The notes under the pieces are model-generated. The model was not told the DNA's origin and made no database searches. It worked only from the letters and a program-made list of their open reading frames with translations. A stretch of DNA of 64,000 bases from a virus, in IMG/VR virus record IMGVR_UViG_3300017742_000001, positions 1 to 64,000 of that record; one strand, written 5' to 3'. How positions within the stretch are numbered: position 1 is the stretch's first letter; each line of letters begins with the position of its first letter. The translations under genes and the position numbers were made by a program. Shown in pieces: positions 1-9,515 of this stretch.

Positions 1-263
1 ATACAGCGTCAACAAGCGGTGATCAAGGTGCTGATGCTACAACTACACCACAAGACGATAATCCAGCAGTAAAAGACACTACAGGCGCTGAACCTTCGGC
101 CGAAGAGCCATATCAAAGACCAGACAGAACACAAGGTCAAAAGGATTATAAACCTACCCAAACGACACCGGCAGCACCGGTTAATATGGGCGACTTAGTT
201 GTAAGTATTAAGAATCTAAAACCAGAAGTTCAAGCAATTATTAAGAAAGAATTATCTGCTTAG
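1..263 (+). CDS. 3' end of a hypothetical protein (truncated by window start)
   Basis: Open frame from nt 3 (TASTSGDQGADATTTPQDDNPAV...IIKKELSA*) ending at TAG 261-263; phage-like codon usage; overlaps the opposite-strand stop. Confidence 0.7.
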   Translation, partial: TASTSGDQGADATTTPQDDNPAVKDTTGAEPSAEEPYQRPDRTQGQKDYKPTQTTPAAPVNMGDLVVSIKNLKPEVQAIIKKELSA

Positions 264-538
264 AAAAACGGCAGTTTAGTTTTTTTGGTAGTTTCTAGAT
301 TATCTTTGATAATCTCATTTATTATAGAACGTTCTTCGTAAGACATAGTCGCAAGTTCACTGTAAGAAAGACCTCTCATATACCAACACATTTTAAGAAG
401 TTCTCTCTTTAGAGTTCTCGCCTCTTTATCTAGTTTTTCGGCTTCACGCAAAATCTCAGGACGAGAAAGGGTTAAGACTTTGCTCCGAAAAAATTTGCTT
501 GATCCATTGTTAATGCAACTTCGAACTCGTGTTCGCAA
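260..538 (-). CDS. gp51-like baseplate hub/tail assembly extension, probably reached by -1 frameshift from 472..1395
   Basis: No credible start/RBS; lies in the -1 frame of the upstream gene across A AAT TTT; C-terminal LSYSELATMSYEERSII resembles gp51/chaperone-extension segments. Confidence 0.6.
   Translation of the reverse strand: MRTRVRSCINNGSSKFFRSKVLTLSRPEILREAEKLDKEARTLKRELLKMCWYMRGLSYSELATMSYEERSIINEIIKDNLETTKKTKLPFF
415..496 (-). other. Candidate -1 programmed ribosomal frameshift element
   Basis: Heptamer A AAT TTT (496-490), 6-nt spacer, 11-bp stem GCAAAGTCTTA(483-473)/TGAGATTTTGC(458-448); loop TTCTCGTC can pair with GGCGAGAA (422-415). Confidence 0.7.
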
Positions 539-1395
539 TCACCACACTTGACTTTTTTAGTTTTAAGTTCAAGTCCTTTAGCAATACCTTGTAAGTGTTC
601 ACTAAGTTTTTTGAAAATTTCTTTATCAGCATTTTGAATAAAGTCTGAAATCATCTGTTTATCATTTACTGTTCCTTGCGGAGTTGTAATAGCAGAAATA
701 CTGTGTATAACAACTGCAACAGTCATTTCAGTTAACTTAATAAAACTAGAACCAAACTTTTCAAGTTTTTCTTCTTCAGTCATAGTTTCACTATTAACGA
801 TGTTGAAGATTCTTTCTTGTTCCATTTGTTGTAATTGTTTAGATGTTACTTCTTTGTAAGTGTAAGGTTTCAAACTAAAAGTAAGGTCGCCAATTGCATA
901 CTGTTCCGGAAACTCGAAACTACTAATTCTTTCTAAGTGATCATTTAGAACGTAATCGTAATTTTGTTCTTCCTTACACTTAGGACAGTGAGTTGTAATT
1001 TCCATTTTATCACCGTAAGTTGCAATTCTAATTGCTACTAAACAAGCGTCTACATCAAGTGTAGGCATATTCCACGGCTCTTTAATTGCTGGAACACAAC
1101 TTTTAATTACTTCTGTTGTTGCTGCACCATTCATTAACGCATCTGGTGTCTTATACATTAGTTCATCTTTTGCGGTCATAGCATAGACAGGATATTGCCC
1201 ATCTGTGCTTACATCAAGTGTACCTTGTGCATACCATTTGCCTCTGCTTGGCAATCTTAGGTAAACTTTAGGTTGTCTATAATAGCCGGCTAACGGATTG
1301 ACAGGAGCCGCTGGTGCTACTGCCTCTTGGGGTGCACCACTTGTGGCAGGCTGCCCGGCAATTTCAACCTTTGGCATTTCTGTGTTTTCATCCAT
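472..1395 (-). CDS. T4 gp26-like baseplate hub assembly protein
   Basis: LPSRG, MTAKDE, LVAIRIATYG, two CxxC motifs (CPKC, CGDC), C-terminal NFF; GGAGA RBS. Confidence 0.7.
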   Translation of the reverse strand: MDENTEMPKVEIAGQPATSGAPQEAVAPAAPVNPLAGYYRQPKVYLRLPSRGKWYAQGTLDVSTDGQYPVYAMTAKDELMYKTPDALMNGAATTEVIKSCVPAIKEPWNMPTLDVDACLVAIRIATYGDKMEITTHCPKCKEEQNYDYVLNDHLERISSFEFPEQYAIGDLTFSLKPYTYKEVTSKQLQQMEQERIFNIVNSETMTEEEKLEKFGSSFIKLTEMTVAVVIHSISAITTPQGTVNDKQMISDFIQNADKEIFKKLSEHLQGIAKGLELKTKKVKCGDCEHEFEVALTMDQANFFGAKS

Positions 1396-1407
1396 ATTTT
1401 TCTCCGA

Positions 1408-1413
1408 TAAATA
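1408..1413 (+). promoter_or_regulatory. TAAATA late-promoter motif upstream of tape measure gene; opposing copies at 1427-1432 and 1440-1445 face the gp26-like gene
   Basis: Recurrent intergenic TAAATA, similar to the T4 late promoter TATAAATA. Confidence 0.55.
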
Positions 1414-1473
1414 ACATTGTTGTATATATTTACAATAAGTATTTATGTGCGCATATTTCTGGGAATATAATTA

Positions 1474-4116
1474 ATGGCCGACGTAACAGGACAAATTGGT
1501 AATGAAGAAGTAGTACTTAATAATGCTGCGACTGAAGCCACGTTAAAGCAACTGCTTGCTGCTATGACAGCTCTTGCTAAAGCGCAAGGTGTCGAAATAA
1601 AGAATGCAGCAGGACTAGACAAAGATCTAGGCAAACTAGGTAAACAAACTGAAAATGCTGTAAGAAGCGGTCGTAAATTCCAACGAACACAGGACGGAAC
1701 TACTAAGTCATCAGAAAAACTTGGTGATGCACTTGACGAGACAGCAGAAAGTACAGACAGTTGGGGGCAAGGACTTAAAGACAGTTTAACACTTGTTGGT
1801 AAAATGGGTCAACAAGTTCAAAAGGCTATTGACTTTATTGGCGGCTCGTTATCTAGTATCTCAAATATGGGAGATAGCATTACAAGTGCTACAGATACAC
1901 TAGGTAACATTCCATTAGTTGGCGATGCAATTAAGGGTGTTTATGGACCTGTTGCAGGTGCAGTAGAAACACTACAAACACAGTTCCAAGCAGCAGCATC
2001 GGTAGGTGCTAACTTTGGCGGTAACATAGCAGAATTTAGTAAAGCAGCCGGCGGCGCTGGTATGACAATGGAACAATTTGCCGGTGTTGTTCAAAAGAAT
2101 TCTGCAAATTTAATATTCTTAGCAGGTGGCACAGCAGAAGGTGCTAAACGTTTAGCCGATATGGGTAAATCCATTAGGAAGTCCAGAGTAGGCGACGAAC
2201 TAGCAAGATTAGGTTTCAGTACAGTTGACATTAATGACGGACTTGCACAGTACGGTGCTAGACTTCAACGACTAGGTAGAAACGAACAGTTAACTAACAA
2301 GCAACTAATTGCTGGAACAACAGCGTATATGAAAAACTTAGATGCTGTATCTAAGTTAACAGGTAAATCCAAAGAAGCTCTACAATCAGAACAAGACGCT
2401 AGAAATGCAGATGCACAGTTTAGGATTATGATGTCCAAACTTTCCAAAGAGGAAAGAATTGAAATGGATATGCTTATGGATGCTATTCCTGCGGCACACC
2501 AAACTGGTATTAAAGAAATCCTAGCAACAGGTACTGCAACATCTGAGGAAGGTGTCAAAGCAATGGCTTTCTTAAGAGAGTCTAGCGGCGAAGCACAGGC
2601 ACTATTTAAGAAGATCGAATCCGGTGAACAACTAGAAGCAGGCTTTGCTAGTGACTTCTATGATACCTATGCAGCAGAAGCCAAGAAGTTTGCTGAATCG
2701 CCCATTGGTGAAACATTAGGTAAATTTGACGACTCAATGAATGACTTCTACACCGCAGCAGATGATGTAGGCAAACGTGCAACAGATCTTGCTACTGTAA
2801 TAGACGACCAAAAGAAGGAACAAGAAAAACTTAAAGAAGACCTAAAGAAAGGTGTTGAAGGCGTAATTGATCCAGCATCAATTAAAACGTTCAAAGAAAA
2901 TATTGCAGAAGCAAGTACCGCATTTACCACAATGCTTGGTAGCATTGATCTTGCACCGTTAGAAAAAGTATTTAATAAAGCACTAAAAGCCGCTGAAGAT
3001 TATCTAGTACCAGCTCTTAATATGGCAGCAAACAATTTTGACAAATTTGTGATAGCCGCTGGTTTAGCAAATGGTGCACTCAAAGCACTAGAACTTGCAG
3101 CAGGCGCTGCGGCAGCAGCACAATTATTAGGCGTTGGCGCAAGAGGTTTAAAACCCGGCCCCGGCGGAGGAGCACCTTTAAAACCAGGGACACCAGGCGC
3201 TGCTGGTCCAGGCGGCGCAGTAAAAGGCGCAGCAAAAAATATGATGAAACGTGCAGGACCGTTAGGACTACTGTACGGATTGTATGAAGGGTATAGTGAT
3301 TATAGCCAAGTTGAAGCAGATCTTGACGCAGGTAATATTACTTCAGGCGAAGCGACTGTAGAAAAATCAGGAGTAGTAGGTAGTGTCACAGGAGGAACTG
3401 GTGGTGCAATGGCAGGCGCAGCAGCAGGTGCTGCAATCGGGAGTGTTGTTCCTGTTGTAGGTACACTTATTGGCGGAGTTATTGGCGGCGCATTTGGCTA
3501 TTGGGCAGGCTCAAGCGCAGGTGAAGCAATTGGCGAAACAATAGGTGAAGCACTTGTTGGTCCAGAAACTGTTAGTGATATTCAAGCCAAAATTGCAGCA
3601 GAAGAAGAACGTATTAAACGTTCTGAGGAAGGTGTAAACGAATACTGGGGTAGAGAATCAAAAGGTAGAGAAGAGTCTCTTGCTCAAATCGAACAATACA
3701 AAAAAGATCTTGCACTGATTGACGAGAACAATAGAATTGTAGAGGAAAAGAAAAGAAAAGAAGCAGAGGCTAACGGCGAAGTAGTTGTTAGTCCAGAGAA
3801 TCCTACTACAACTACTGCTGAAGAACAAAAAGCACTAGAACTAAAAGCAGAAGAAGAACGTAAAGCCAAAGAAGCAGAACTAAAGAAAAAACAAATTGAA
3901 CAAGAGAAGAAAAAATTAGAAGAAGAGAAGAAACTTAACCCAGATGGTACACCTATGTCTAGTAACACTGTTCACAAAACTCCTGATCAGTTGTTAGCAG
4001 ACTTAAATACAAGTATGAATCAACTGGTCCAAATAGCGACCACTCAAACTATGATAGCCAAAAAACAACTTGGTGTTAGTGGAGAGCAAATTGGAGATTT
4101 ATATGCTAGTGTATAA
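1474..4116 (+). CDS. Probable tail tape measure protein
   Basis: 880 aa, Ala/Gly-rich helical, glycine-zipper segment (GAAAGAAIGSVVPVVGTLIGG), charged coiled-coil C-terminus; adjacent to hub assembly genes. Confidence 0.65.
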   Translation: MADVTGQIGNEEVVLNNAATEATLKQLLAAMTALAKAQGVEIKNAAGLDKDLGKLGKQTENAVRSGRKFQRTQDGTTKSSEKLGDALDETAESTDSWGQGLKDSLTLVGKMGQQVQKAIDFIGGSLSSISNMGDSITSATDTLGNIPLVGDAIKGVYGPVAGAVETLQTQFQAAASVGANFGGNIAEFSKAAGGAGMTMEQFAGVVQKNSANLIFLAGGTAEGAKRLADMGKSIRKSRVGDELARLGFSTVDINDGLAQYGARLQRLGRNEQLTNKQLIAGTTAYMKNLDAVSKLTGKSKEALQSEQDARNADAQFRIMMSKLSKEERIEMDMLMDAIPAAHQTGIKEILATGTATSEEGVKAMAFLRESSGEAQALFKKIESGEQLEAGFASDFYDTYAAEAKKFAESPIGETLGKFDDSMNDFYTAADDVGKRATDLATVIDDQKKEQEKLKEDLKKGVEGVIDPASIKTFKENIAEASTAFTTMLGSIDLAPLEKVFNKALKAAEDYLVPALNMAANNFDKFVIAAGLANGALKALELAAGAAAAAQLLGVGARGLKPGPGGGAPLKPGTPGAAGPGGAVKGAAKNMMKRAGPLGLLYGLYEGYSDYSQVEADLDAGNITSGEATVEKSGVVGSVTGGTGGAMAGAAAGAAIGSVVPVVGTLIGGVIGGAFGYWAGSSAGEAIGETIGEALVGPETVSDIQAKIAAEEERIKRSEEGVNEYWGRESKGREESLAQIEQYKKDLALIDENNRIVEEKKRKEAEANGEVVVSPENPTTTTAEEQKALELKAEEERKAKEAELKKKQIEQEKKKLEEEKKLNPDGTPMSSNTVHKTPDQLLADLNTSMNQLVQIATTQTMIAKKQLGVSGEQIGDLYASV

Positions 4117-4126
4117 TAATAAGAAC

Positions 4127-4154
4127 TTGCTTTTCAAGCAAAAGGATGTATAAT
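4127..4154 (+). promoter_or_regulatory. Possible sigma70-type promoter of the portal gene
   Basis: TTGCTT-16 nt-TATAAT, with ATG 7 nt downstream and no SD. Confidence 0.35.
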
Positions 4155-4161
4155 ATAAGAT

Positions 4162-5868
4162 ATGAGTTGGAAAAAACACTTTACACCAGTTAACGTCGAT
4201 AATACAGGCGGAAGTTATAGCCCGATTAGCGGCGGCGGACGTCCTGGCCCCGCAAGAGCAAACTATAGTTCGTACTTGCCGGATGTATATGCGGGCGCAC
4301 CAAACCGTATTGAACGTTATATGCAGTACGATACAATGGATATGGATTCAGAAGTAAATGCTGCACTGGATATTTTAGCAGAATTTTGTACAGATAAAGA
4401 TAGAGAAAACACAACACCGTTTCACTTCCATTTTAGATCACAAGCAACTAATGTAGAAACTAGACTACTAAAAGATGCATTACAAAAATGGGTAAAACTT
4501 AATCAAATTGACAAACGAATTTTTAGAATAGTACGTAATGTATTCAAGTACGGAGACTGCTTTTTTATTAGAGATCCGGAAACACAAAAACTTTTATATG
4601 TAGATCAAACTAAAGTTACTAAAATTATTGTAAACGAATCCGACGGAAAGATTCCTGAACAGTATGTTGTAAGAGATATTAATTTTAACTTTAAAGATTT
4701 AGTAGCAACAACACCACATAACACTTCTAACACTTCACCTAGCGGAACGAGTTCATATACTTCGGGCGGCGGTTTTGGTAGAGGAATGGCAGGACAAGTT
4801 CCAACACCATCAGGCACTAGGTTTCAAAGAGAAGCAAATGAGATTGCTGTAGATGCAAAACATATGGTACACGTTTCATTATCAGAAGGATTAGATCAAA
4901 ATTATCCTTTTGGTAATTCACTTTTAGAAAGCGTGTTCAAAGTTTATAAACAAAAAGAATTACTTGAAGATGCGATTATTATCTATCGTATCCAACGTGC
5001 ACCTGAACGTAGAATCTTCTATGTTGATGTAGGTAATATGCCTGCACATATGGCTATGAGTTTTGTTGAGAAAGTTAAGAACGAAATTCAACAAAGACGT
5101 ATTCCAAGTGCAACAGGCGGCGGAACTAGTGTTATTGATGCTAGTTACAATCCTTTATCAACTAACGAAGATTACTTCTTTCCGCAAACAGCAGAAGGGC
5201 GTGGTTCTAAAGTAGAAACATTACCAGGCGGTACTAACTTAGGTGAGATTACTGACCTACGATACTTTACTAATAAACTATTCCGTGCTTTACGTATTCC
5301 AGCAAGTTACTTGCCAACAGCAATTGACGAACAAGCAAATACAGTAAGTGACGGTAAAGTGGGTACTGCTTACATTCAAGAACTACGTTTTAACAAATAC
5401 TGCGAAAGACTTCAAGCAAATATTGTAGAACCACTTGATATGGAATTTAAAATGTGGTTAAACGGATCAGGGATTAATATTGATCCTAGTATGTTTGAAC
5501 TTAAATTTAATCCACCACAAAACTTTGCTGCATATCGTCAAGCAGAACTTGACACTACTAGAGCAAATATTTTTGGTGCAATACAACAAGTTCCACACTT
5601 GTCAAAACGTTTTGCATTAAAACGTTATCTTGGTTTAACAGCAGAAGAAATTGCTGAGAACGAAAGAATGTGGAAAGAAGAAAATGCTGGTAACTTACAA
5701 CCACCTACTGATGCAGCAGGTGAGTTAAGAGGAGCAGGCATTACACCGGGTGGTATGGAAGCAGATATGGGGAACCAAACTGCAGAAGCACCTGATGAAA
5801 TGGCAGCGGCGGCTGAACCGGCAGGCGGAGAAGGAGATGCGGCAGGCGGCACAGAAACTCCTGTCTAG
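4162..5868 (+). CDS. gp20: Portal protein (T4 gp20 family)
   Basis: LLEDAIIIYRIQRAPERRIFYVDVGNMP, EDYFFP, VETLPGG, ELRFNKYCERLQ motifs. Confidence 0.95.
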   Translation: MSWKKHFTPVNVDNTGGSYSPISGGGRPGPARANYSSYLPDVYAGAPNRIERYMQYDTMDMDSEVNAALDILAEFCTDKDRENTTPFHFHFRSQATNVETRLLKDALQKWVKLNQIDKRIFRIVRNVFKYGDCFFIRDPETQKLLYVDQTKVTKIIVNESDGKIPEQYVVRDINFNFKDLVATTPHNTSNTSPSGTSSYTSGGGFGRGMAGQVPTPSGTRFQREANEIAVDAKHMVHVSLSEGLDQNYPFGNSLLESVFKVYKQKELLEDAIIIYRIQRAPERRIFYVDVGNMPAHMAMSFVEKVKNEIQQRRIPSATGGGTSVIDASYNPLSTNEDYFFPQTAEGRGSKVETLPGGTNLGEITDLRYFTNKLFRALRIPASYLPTAIDEQANTVSDGKVGTAYIQELRFNKYCERLQANIVEPLDMEFKMWLNGSGINIDPSMFELKFNPPQNFAAYRQAELDTTRANIFGAIQQVPHLSKRFALKRYLGLTAEEIAENERMWKEENAGNLQPPTDAAGELRGAGITPGGMEADMGNQTAEAPDEMAAAAEPAGGEGDAAGGTETPV

Positions 5869-5871
5869 TCA

Positions 5872-5877
5872 TAAATA
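5872..5877 (+). promoter_or_regulatory. TAAATA late promoter, 5 nt before ATG
   Basis: CATAAATAgtagtATG. Confidence 0.65.
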
Positions 5878-5882
5878 GTAGT

Positions 5883-6122
5883 ATGCTTCTAAATGAATTT
5901 TTATATTTTAACGACGAGATAAACGACTTTGCAGTTGACCGTAGATACGACAACAGCAAAGACAGTTCTGTATTGCAACGTGACGATACAAGAAAGATTA
6001 GATTAACTCTTAGACAGATTAATGAAATTAGAATGCAGGCTGAAGCGCACGCTGCCGAGAAAGAATCGGAACTAACCTTTATTAGGCAGATGTATGCAGC
6101 ACCAGTTGAACCTCAAGAGTAA
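5883..6122 (+). CDS. Small conserved-looking head-module protein
   Basis: 79 aa, MLLNEF start, DTRKIRLTLRQIN; follows the portal gene. Confidence 0.75.
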   Translation: MLLNEFLYFNDEINDFAVDRRYDNSKDSSVLQRDDTRKIRLTLRQINEIRMQAEAHAAEKESELTFIRQMYAAPVEPQE

Positions 6123-6759
6123 CCGTAAAAGATTTCAAAATGACGCTGCTTTCGTTTTAGGTAACGGAAACAGTAGACTTGCAATCGATTGTCCTAGTTT
6201 AGTAAACAAAGGTACAGTCTATGGTTGTAACGCACAATACCGTGAATTTGATCCACACTTTTTGATAGCAGTTGACGTTAAGATGGTTAACGAATTAATT
6301 GATGCTGACTATCATAAAAAAGGAACTGTTTGGACAAATCCAAATAAAGGTATTAAAGCAAAATCAAATATTAACTTATTTTCGCCACACAAAGGTTGGT
6401 CAAGCGGGCCTACAGCATTATGGTTTGCTGCTTCAAATGGGCATAAGAACGTTTACATTATTGGATTTGACTATGCAGGACTTAAAGGAAAGTTTAATAA
6501 TGTGTATGCAGATACGTTTAATTACAAGAAAAGTAGCGATGCAGCAACGTTCTTTGGTAATTGGTTAGGACAAACCGAAAAGGTAATTAAGGAGTTTAGA
6601 CATACTAAATTCTTTAGAGTTGTTGAGGATGGAGGGTTTATACCTGATAAACTAGGCCCTCAACACGGTAACTTAACTTCTATTAGTAAAGAAGAGTTTG
6701 AGAACACGTTTCCGGAAAGTATATATCAATCCCAAACGAATCAAAAAACTACCATTTAA
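6094..6759 (+). CDS. Rossmann-like protein of the DUF115/MptE-like or sialyltransferase-like glycosyltransferase group
   Basis: FVLGNGNSR, YGCNA, LIAVD, WSSGPTA, IIGFD motifs; start uncertain. Confidence 0.6.
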   Translation: MQHQLNLKSNRKRFQNDAAFVLGNGNSRLAIDCPSLVNKGTVYGCNAQYREFDPHFLIAVDVKMVNELIDADYHKKGTVWTNPNKGIKAKSNINLFSPHKGWSSGPTALWFAASNGHKNVYIIGFDYAGLKGKFNNVYADTFNYKKSSDAATFFGNWLGQTEKVIKEFRHTKFFRVVEDGGFIPDKLGPQHGNLTSISKEEFENTFPESIYQSQTNQKTTI

Positions 6760-6831
6760 CCCCATTTTTATAAGTAAAATGTAAATACATTAACAAACAG
6801 CCTTACGATAATCAATTTATAGGAGAATACA

Positions 6832-7752
6832 ATGGCAGATCAAAAAACTACATTAGAACAAATGCTTGAGCATTTGGTCAATGATAATACTGCAAAAGCA
6901 GAAGAATTATTCCACGAGTACGTGGTAACAAAATCAAGAGAAATTTACGAAAACCTTATTGAAGAAGAAATGGACGATGAGGATGTAAAAGAAGATTCAA
7001 AAGACGAAGAAGTTGATGAAGCATCAAAAGATGATGACGCTGAAGACAAAGTAGACGAAGCATCTGATAAAGATGAAGACGAAGAAGATAAAGTTGATGA
7101 ATCTACTGACGAAGAAGTTGACGAAGAATTTGAAGAAGTTGCTGTAGAAGCAGACGACGAAGATCCAATGGATGCTATGGGTGCTGATAAAGGCGACGAT
7201 TTAGAATCAGACATTACAAGTGATGACGAAGACGGCGATAAAGAGCCAGAAGAGTTATTTCAAGATTTAGATTCAATTGTTGATGAACTTCAAGCAAAAT
7301 TTGACGAAATCAAAGGCGGCGACGATATGGACGCTGGCGATGATATGGACGATAAAGAAGAAGAAATGTTTGCTCCAGAATCATCTGCAGATCCAGAAGG
7401 CGATGCTGAATTAGAAACAATGCGTGAGTATGTTGAAAAAGTAGCAGGCGGACACGGTGCTGAAGCAAAAGGCAGCGCAGAAGCAGCAGACAACAAAAAA
7501 TCAGTTGTTGATAATATGAAAAATGATATGGGCGGTACTACTGCAAACATCGCAAAAGGCGGTGAAGCAAACGGCAAAAATGACGGTGGCTTAGCAGATA
7601 TTAACGCTAAAGAAGAAAATGCTGGCAACGTTAACGTTCCAGGCGCAAAAGGTGCAACGAAGATGTCCCCTGAAAAAGGACACGGTGCAGAGAAAAAAGG
7701 CGCTGGCGAAAACGCTGATAACAAGCAATCAATTTTCCGTGGCCGTAGATAA
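6832..7752 (+). CDS. Highly acidic prohead core/scaffold-like protein
   Basis: D/E-rich with repeated VDE(A/S); AGGAG RBS; TAAATA at 6782; lies before the protease. Confidence 0.7.
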   Translation: MADQKTTLEQMLEHLVNDNTAKAEELFHEYVVTKSREIYENLIEEEMDDEDVKEDSKDEEVDEASKDDDAEDKVDEASDKDEDEEDKVDESTDEEVDEEFEEVAVEADDEDPMDAMGADKGDDLESDITSDDEDGDKEPEELFQDLDSIVDELQAKFDEIKGGDDMDAGDDMDDKEEEMFAPESSADPEGDAELETMREYVEKVAGGHGAEAKGSAEAADNKKSVVDNMKNDMGGTTANIAKGGEANGKNDGGLADINAKEENAGNVNVPGAKGATKMSPEKGHGAEKKGAGENADNKQSIFRGRR

Positions 7753-7766
7753 AGAGGGTATATAGG

Positions 7767-8393
7767 TTGAAAACTACACTAGCAGAACATCTGAGCTTCG
7801 ATCAGGCTAAAATCGTAATTGAGCGTGATGAAGGCGAGGGTAAAACATTACATTTGAGTGGCATCTGTATTCAAGGTGACATTCGTAATGCTAACCAGCG
7901 TGTTTATTCTTCGCAAGAAATTGATAGGGCTGTCAAAACGCTCAACGAACAGATTTCTGGGGGGTATTCAGTGCTTGGTGAAGTAGATCATCCTACAGAT
8001 TTAAGGATTAACCTCGACCGTGTGTCTCATATGATAACAAAAATGTGGATGGACGGTCCTAACGGTTACGGAAAACTTAAAATGCTACCAACACCGATGG
8101 GACAATTAGTTTCAACGATGTTAGAAAGCGGAGTTAAACTTGGAGTTAGCTCAAGAGGTTCAGGAGAAGTAGACGGAGGAGGCAATGTAAACGGTTTTGA
8201 AATCATTACTGTTGATGTTGTTGCACAACCAAGTGCACCGGGTGCTTATCCTACACCAGTTTATGAACACCTTATGAATGAAAAAGGTGGTTTCCAGGCG
8301 TTTAAATTAGCACAAGAAGTACAAGGCGACAAACAGGCACAAAAGTATATTGCAGAGTCCTTGAAAAGAATCATTTCAGGGTTAAATCATTAG
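7767..8393 (+). CDS. gp21: Prohead protease (T4 gp21 family)
   Basis: NANQRVY, LGEVDHP, VSHMI, LPTPMG, GVSSRGSG, DVVAQPSAPGA; TTG start. Confidence 0.93.
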   Translation: MKTTLAEHLSFDQAKIVIERDEGEGKTLHLSGICIQGDIRNANQRVYSSQEIDRAVKTLNEQISGGYSVLGEVDHPTDLRINLDRVSHMITKMWMDGPNGYGKLKMLPTPMGQLVSTMLESGVKLGVSSRGSGEVDGGGNVNGFEIITVDVVAQPSAPGAYPTPVYEHLMNEKGGFQAFKLAQEVQGDKQAQKYIAESLKRIISGLNH

Positions 8394-8404
8394 GAGAATC
8401 ACAG

Positions 8405-9502
8405 ATGTTAGATTTTGTAAAACAATTGTTTGAAAACAATGTGATTTCCGAAGAAGTCAAGTCGGAAATTGAAACCGCTTGGGAAACCGCAGTTCAAGAA
8501 AACCGTGACACAGTCGCAACTGGTTTACGTGAAGAATTTGCACAGAAGTACGAACACGATAAAACTCAAATGGCAGAAGCAGTAGAGAAGATGCTTTCAG
8601 ACAGAATTACTGCTGAATTATCTGAATTTGCTGAAGACCGCCAGGGGCTTATCGAGGCTAGAGCCAAATATGCTAAGAAGATTAAAGACGATTCCAAAGC
8701 AATGGAATCATTTGTTCTTAACAATTTGAAAACGGAACTAGACGAACTTCGTGAAGATCGTAAGTCAGCAGCGGGCAACGTTGCTAAATTAGAATCTTTT
8801 ATCGTGGATGCATTGGCGAAAGAAATCGCAGAATTCCACTCTGATAAAAAAGATCTTGCTGAAACCAAAGTAAAATTGGTACGTGATAGCAAGGTTAAAT
8901 TCGAAGCAATCAAGAAAGACTTTATTAACAGAGCTTCAACAGTAGTTGAAAACACTGTACGTAAAGGCTTGAAAGCAGAGATGGGTCAGTTAAAAGAAGA
9001 TATTGAAGCAGCTCGCAGAAACGATTTTGGTCGCAGAATTTTTGAAAGTTTCGCAAGTGAATATGCAGCAAGTCATCTAAATGAAAAATCTGAAACAGCA
9101 AAATTAATGAAAGTAGTTAATACTAAAATTATGGCTGTTGAAGAAGCAGAAGCGAAAGCAGACGCAGTTCAGAAGTTGGCTGAAAGCAAAGACGCAGAAA
9201 TAGCTCGTATGAAAGATGCTGCTCAACGTAAAGAAGTGATGAATGAACTTTTATCACCGCTTAACAGAGAAAAAGCAGAAGTTATGGGTGAACTTTTAGA
9301 ATCTGTCCAAACAGATAAACTACACGCAACATTCGACAAGTACGTATCAGCCGTAATGGAAGGTACAACTCCGAAGAAAGTGGCGTTGAACGAGGCTAAG
9401 GAAGTAACAGGCGATAAAGAAACACAGGCACACATCAACGGTCAAGAGAACAAGACCGCTGAGATATTTGACATCCGCAGACTTGCGGGACTTAAAATTT
9501 AA
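8405..9502 (+). CDS. Prohead scaffolding protein (gp22-like)
   Basis: Long coiled coil, GRRIFESFASE; between protease and capsid genes. Confidence 0.8.
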   Translation: MLDFVKQLFENNVISEEVKSEIETAWETAVQENRDTVATGLREEFAQKYEHDKTQMAEAVEKMLSDRITAELSEFAEDRQGLIEARAKYAKKIKDDSKAMESFVLNNLKTELDELREDRKSAAGNVAKLESFIVDALAKEIAEFHSDKKDLAETKVKLVRDSKVKFEAIKKDFINRASTVVENTVRKGLKAEMGQLKEDIEAARRNDFGRRIFESFASEYAASHLNEKSETAKLMKVVNTKIMAVEEAEAKADAVQKLAESKDAEIARMKDAAQRKEVMNELLSPLNREKAEVMGELLESVQTDKLHATFDKYVSAVMEGTTPKKVALNEAKEVTGDKETQAHINGQENKTAEIFDIRRLAGLKI

Positions 9503-9515
9503 GGAGATAAACAAA

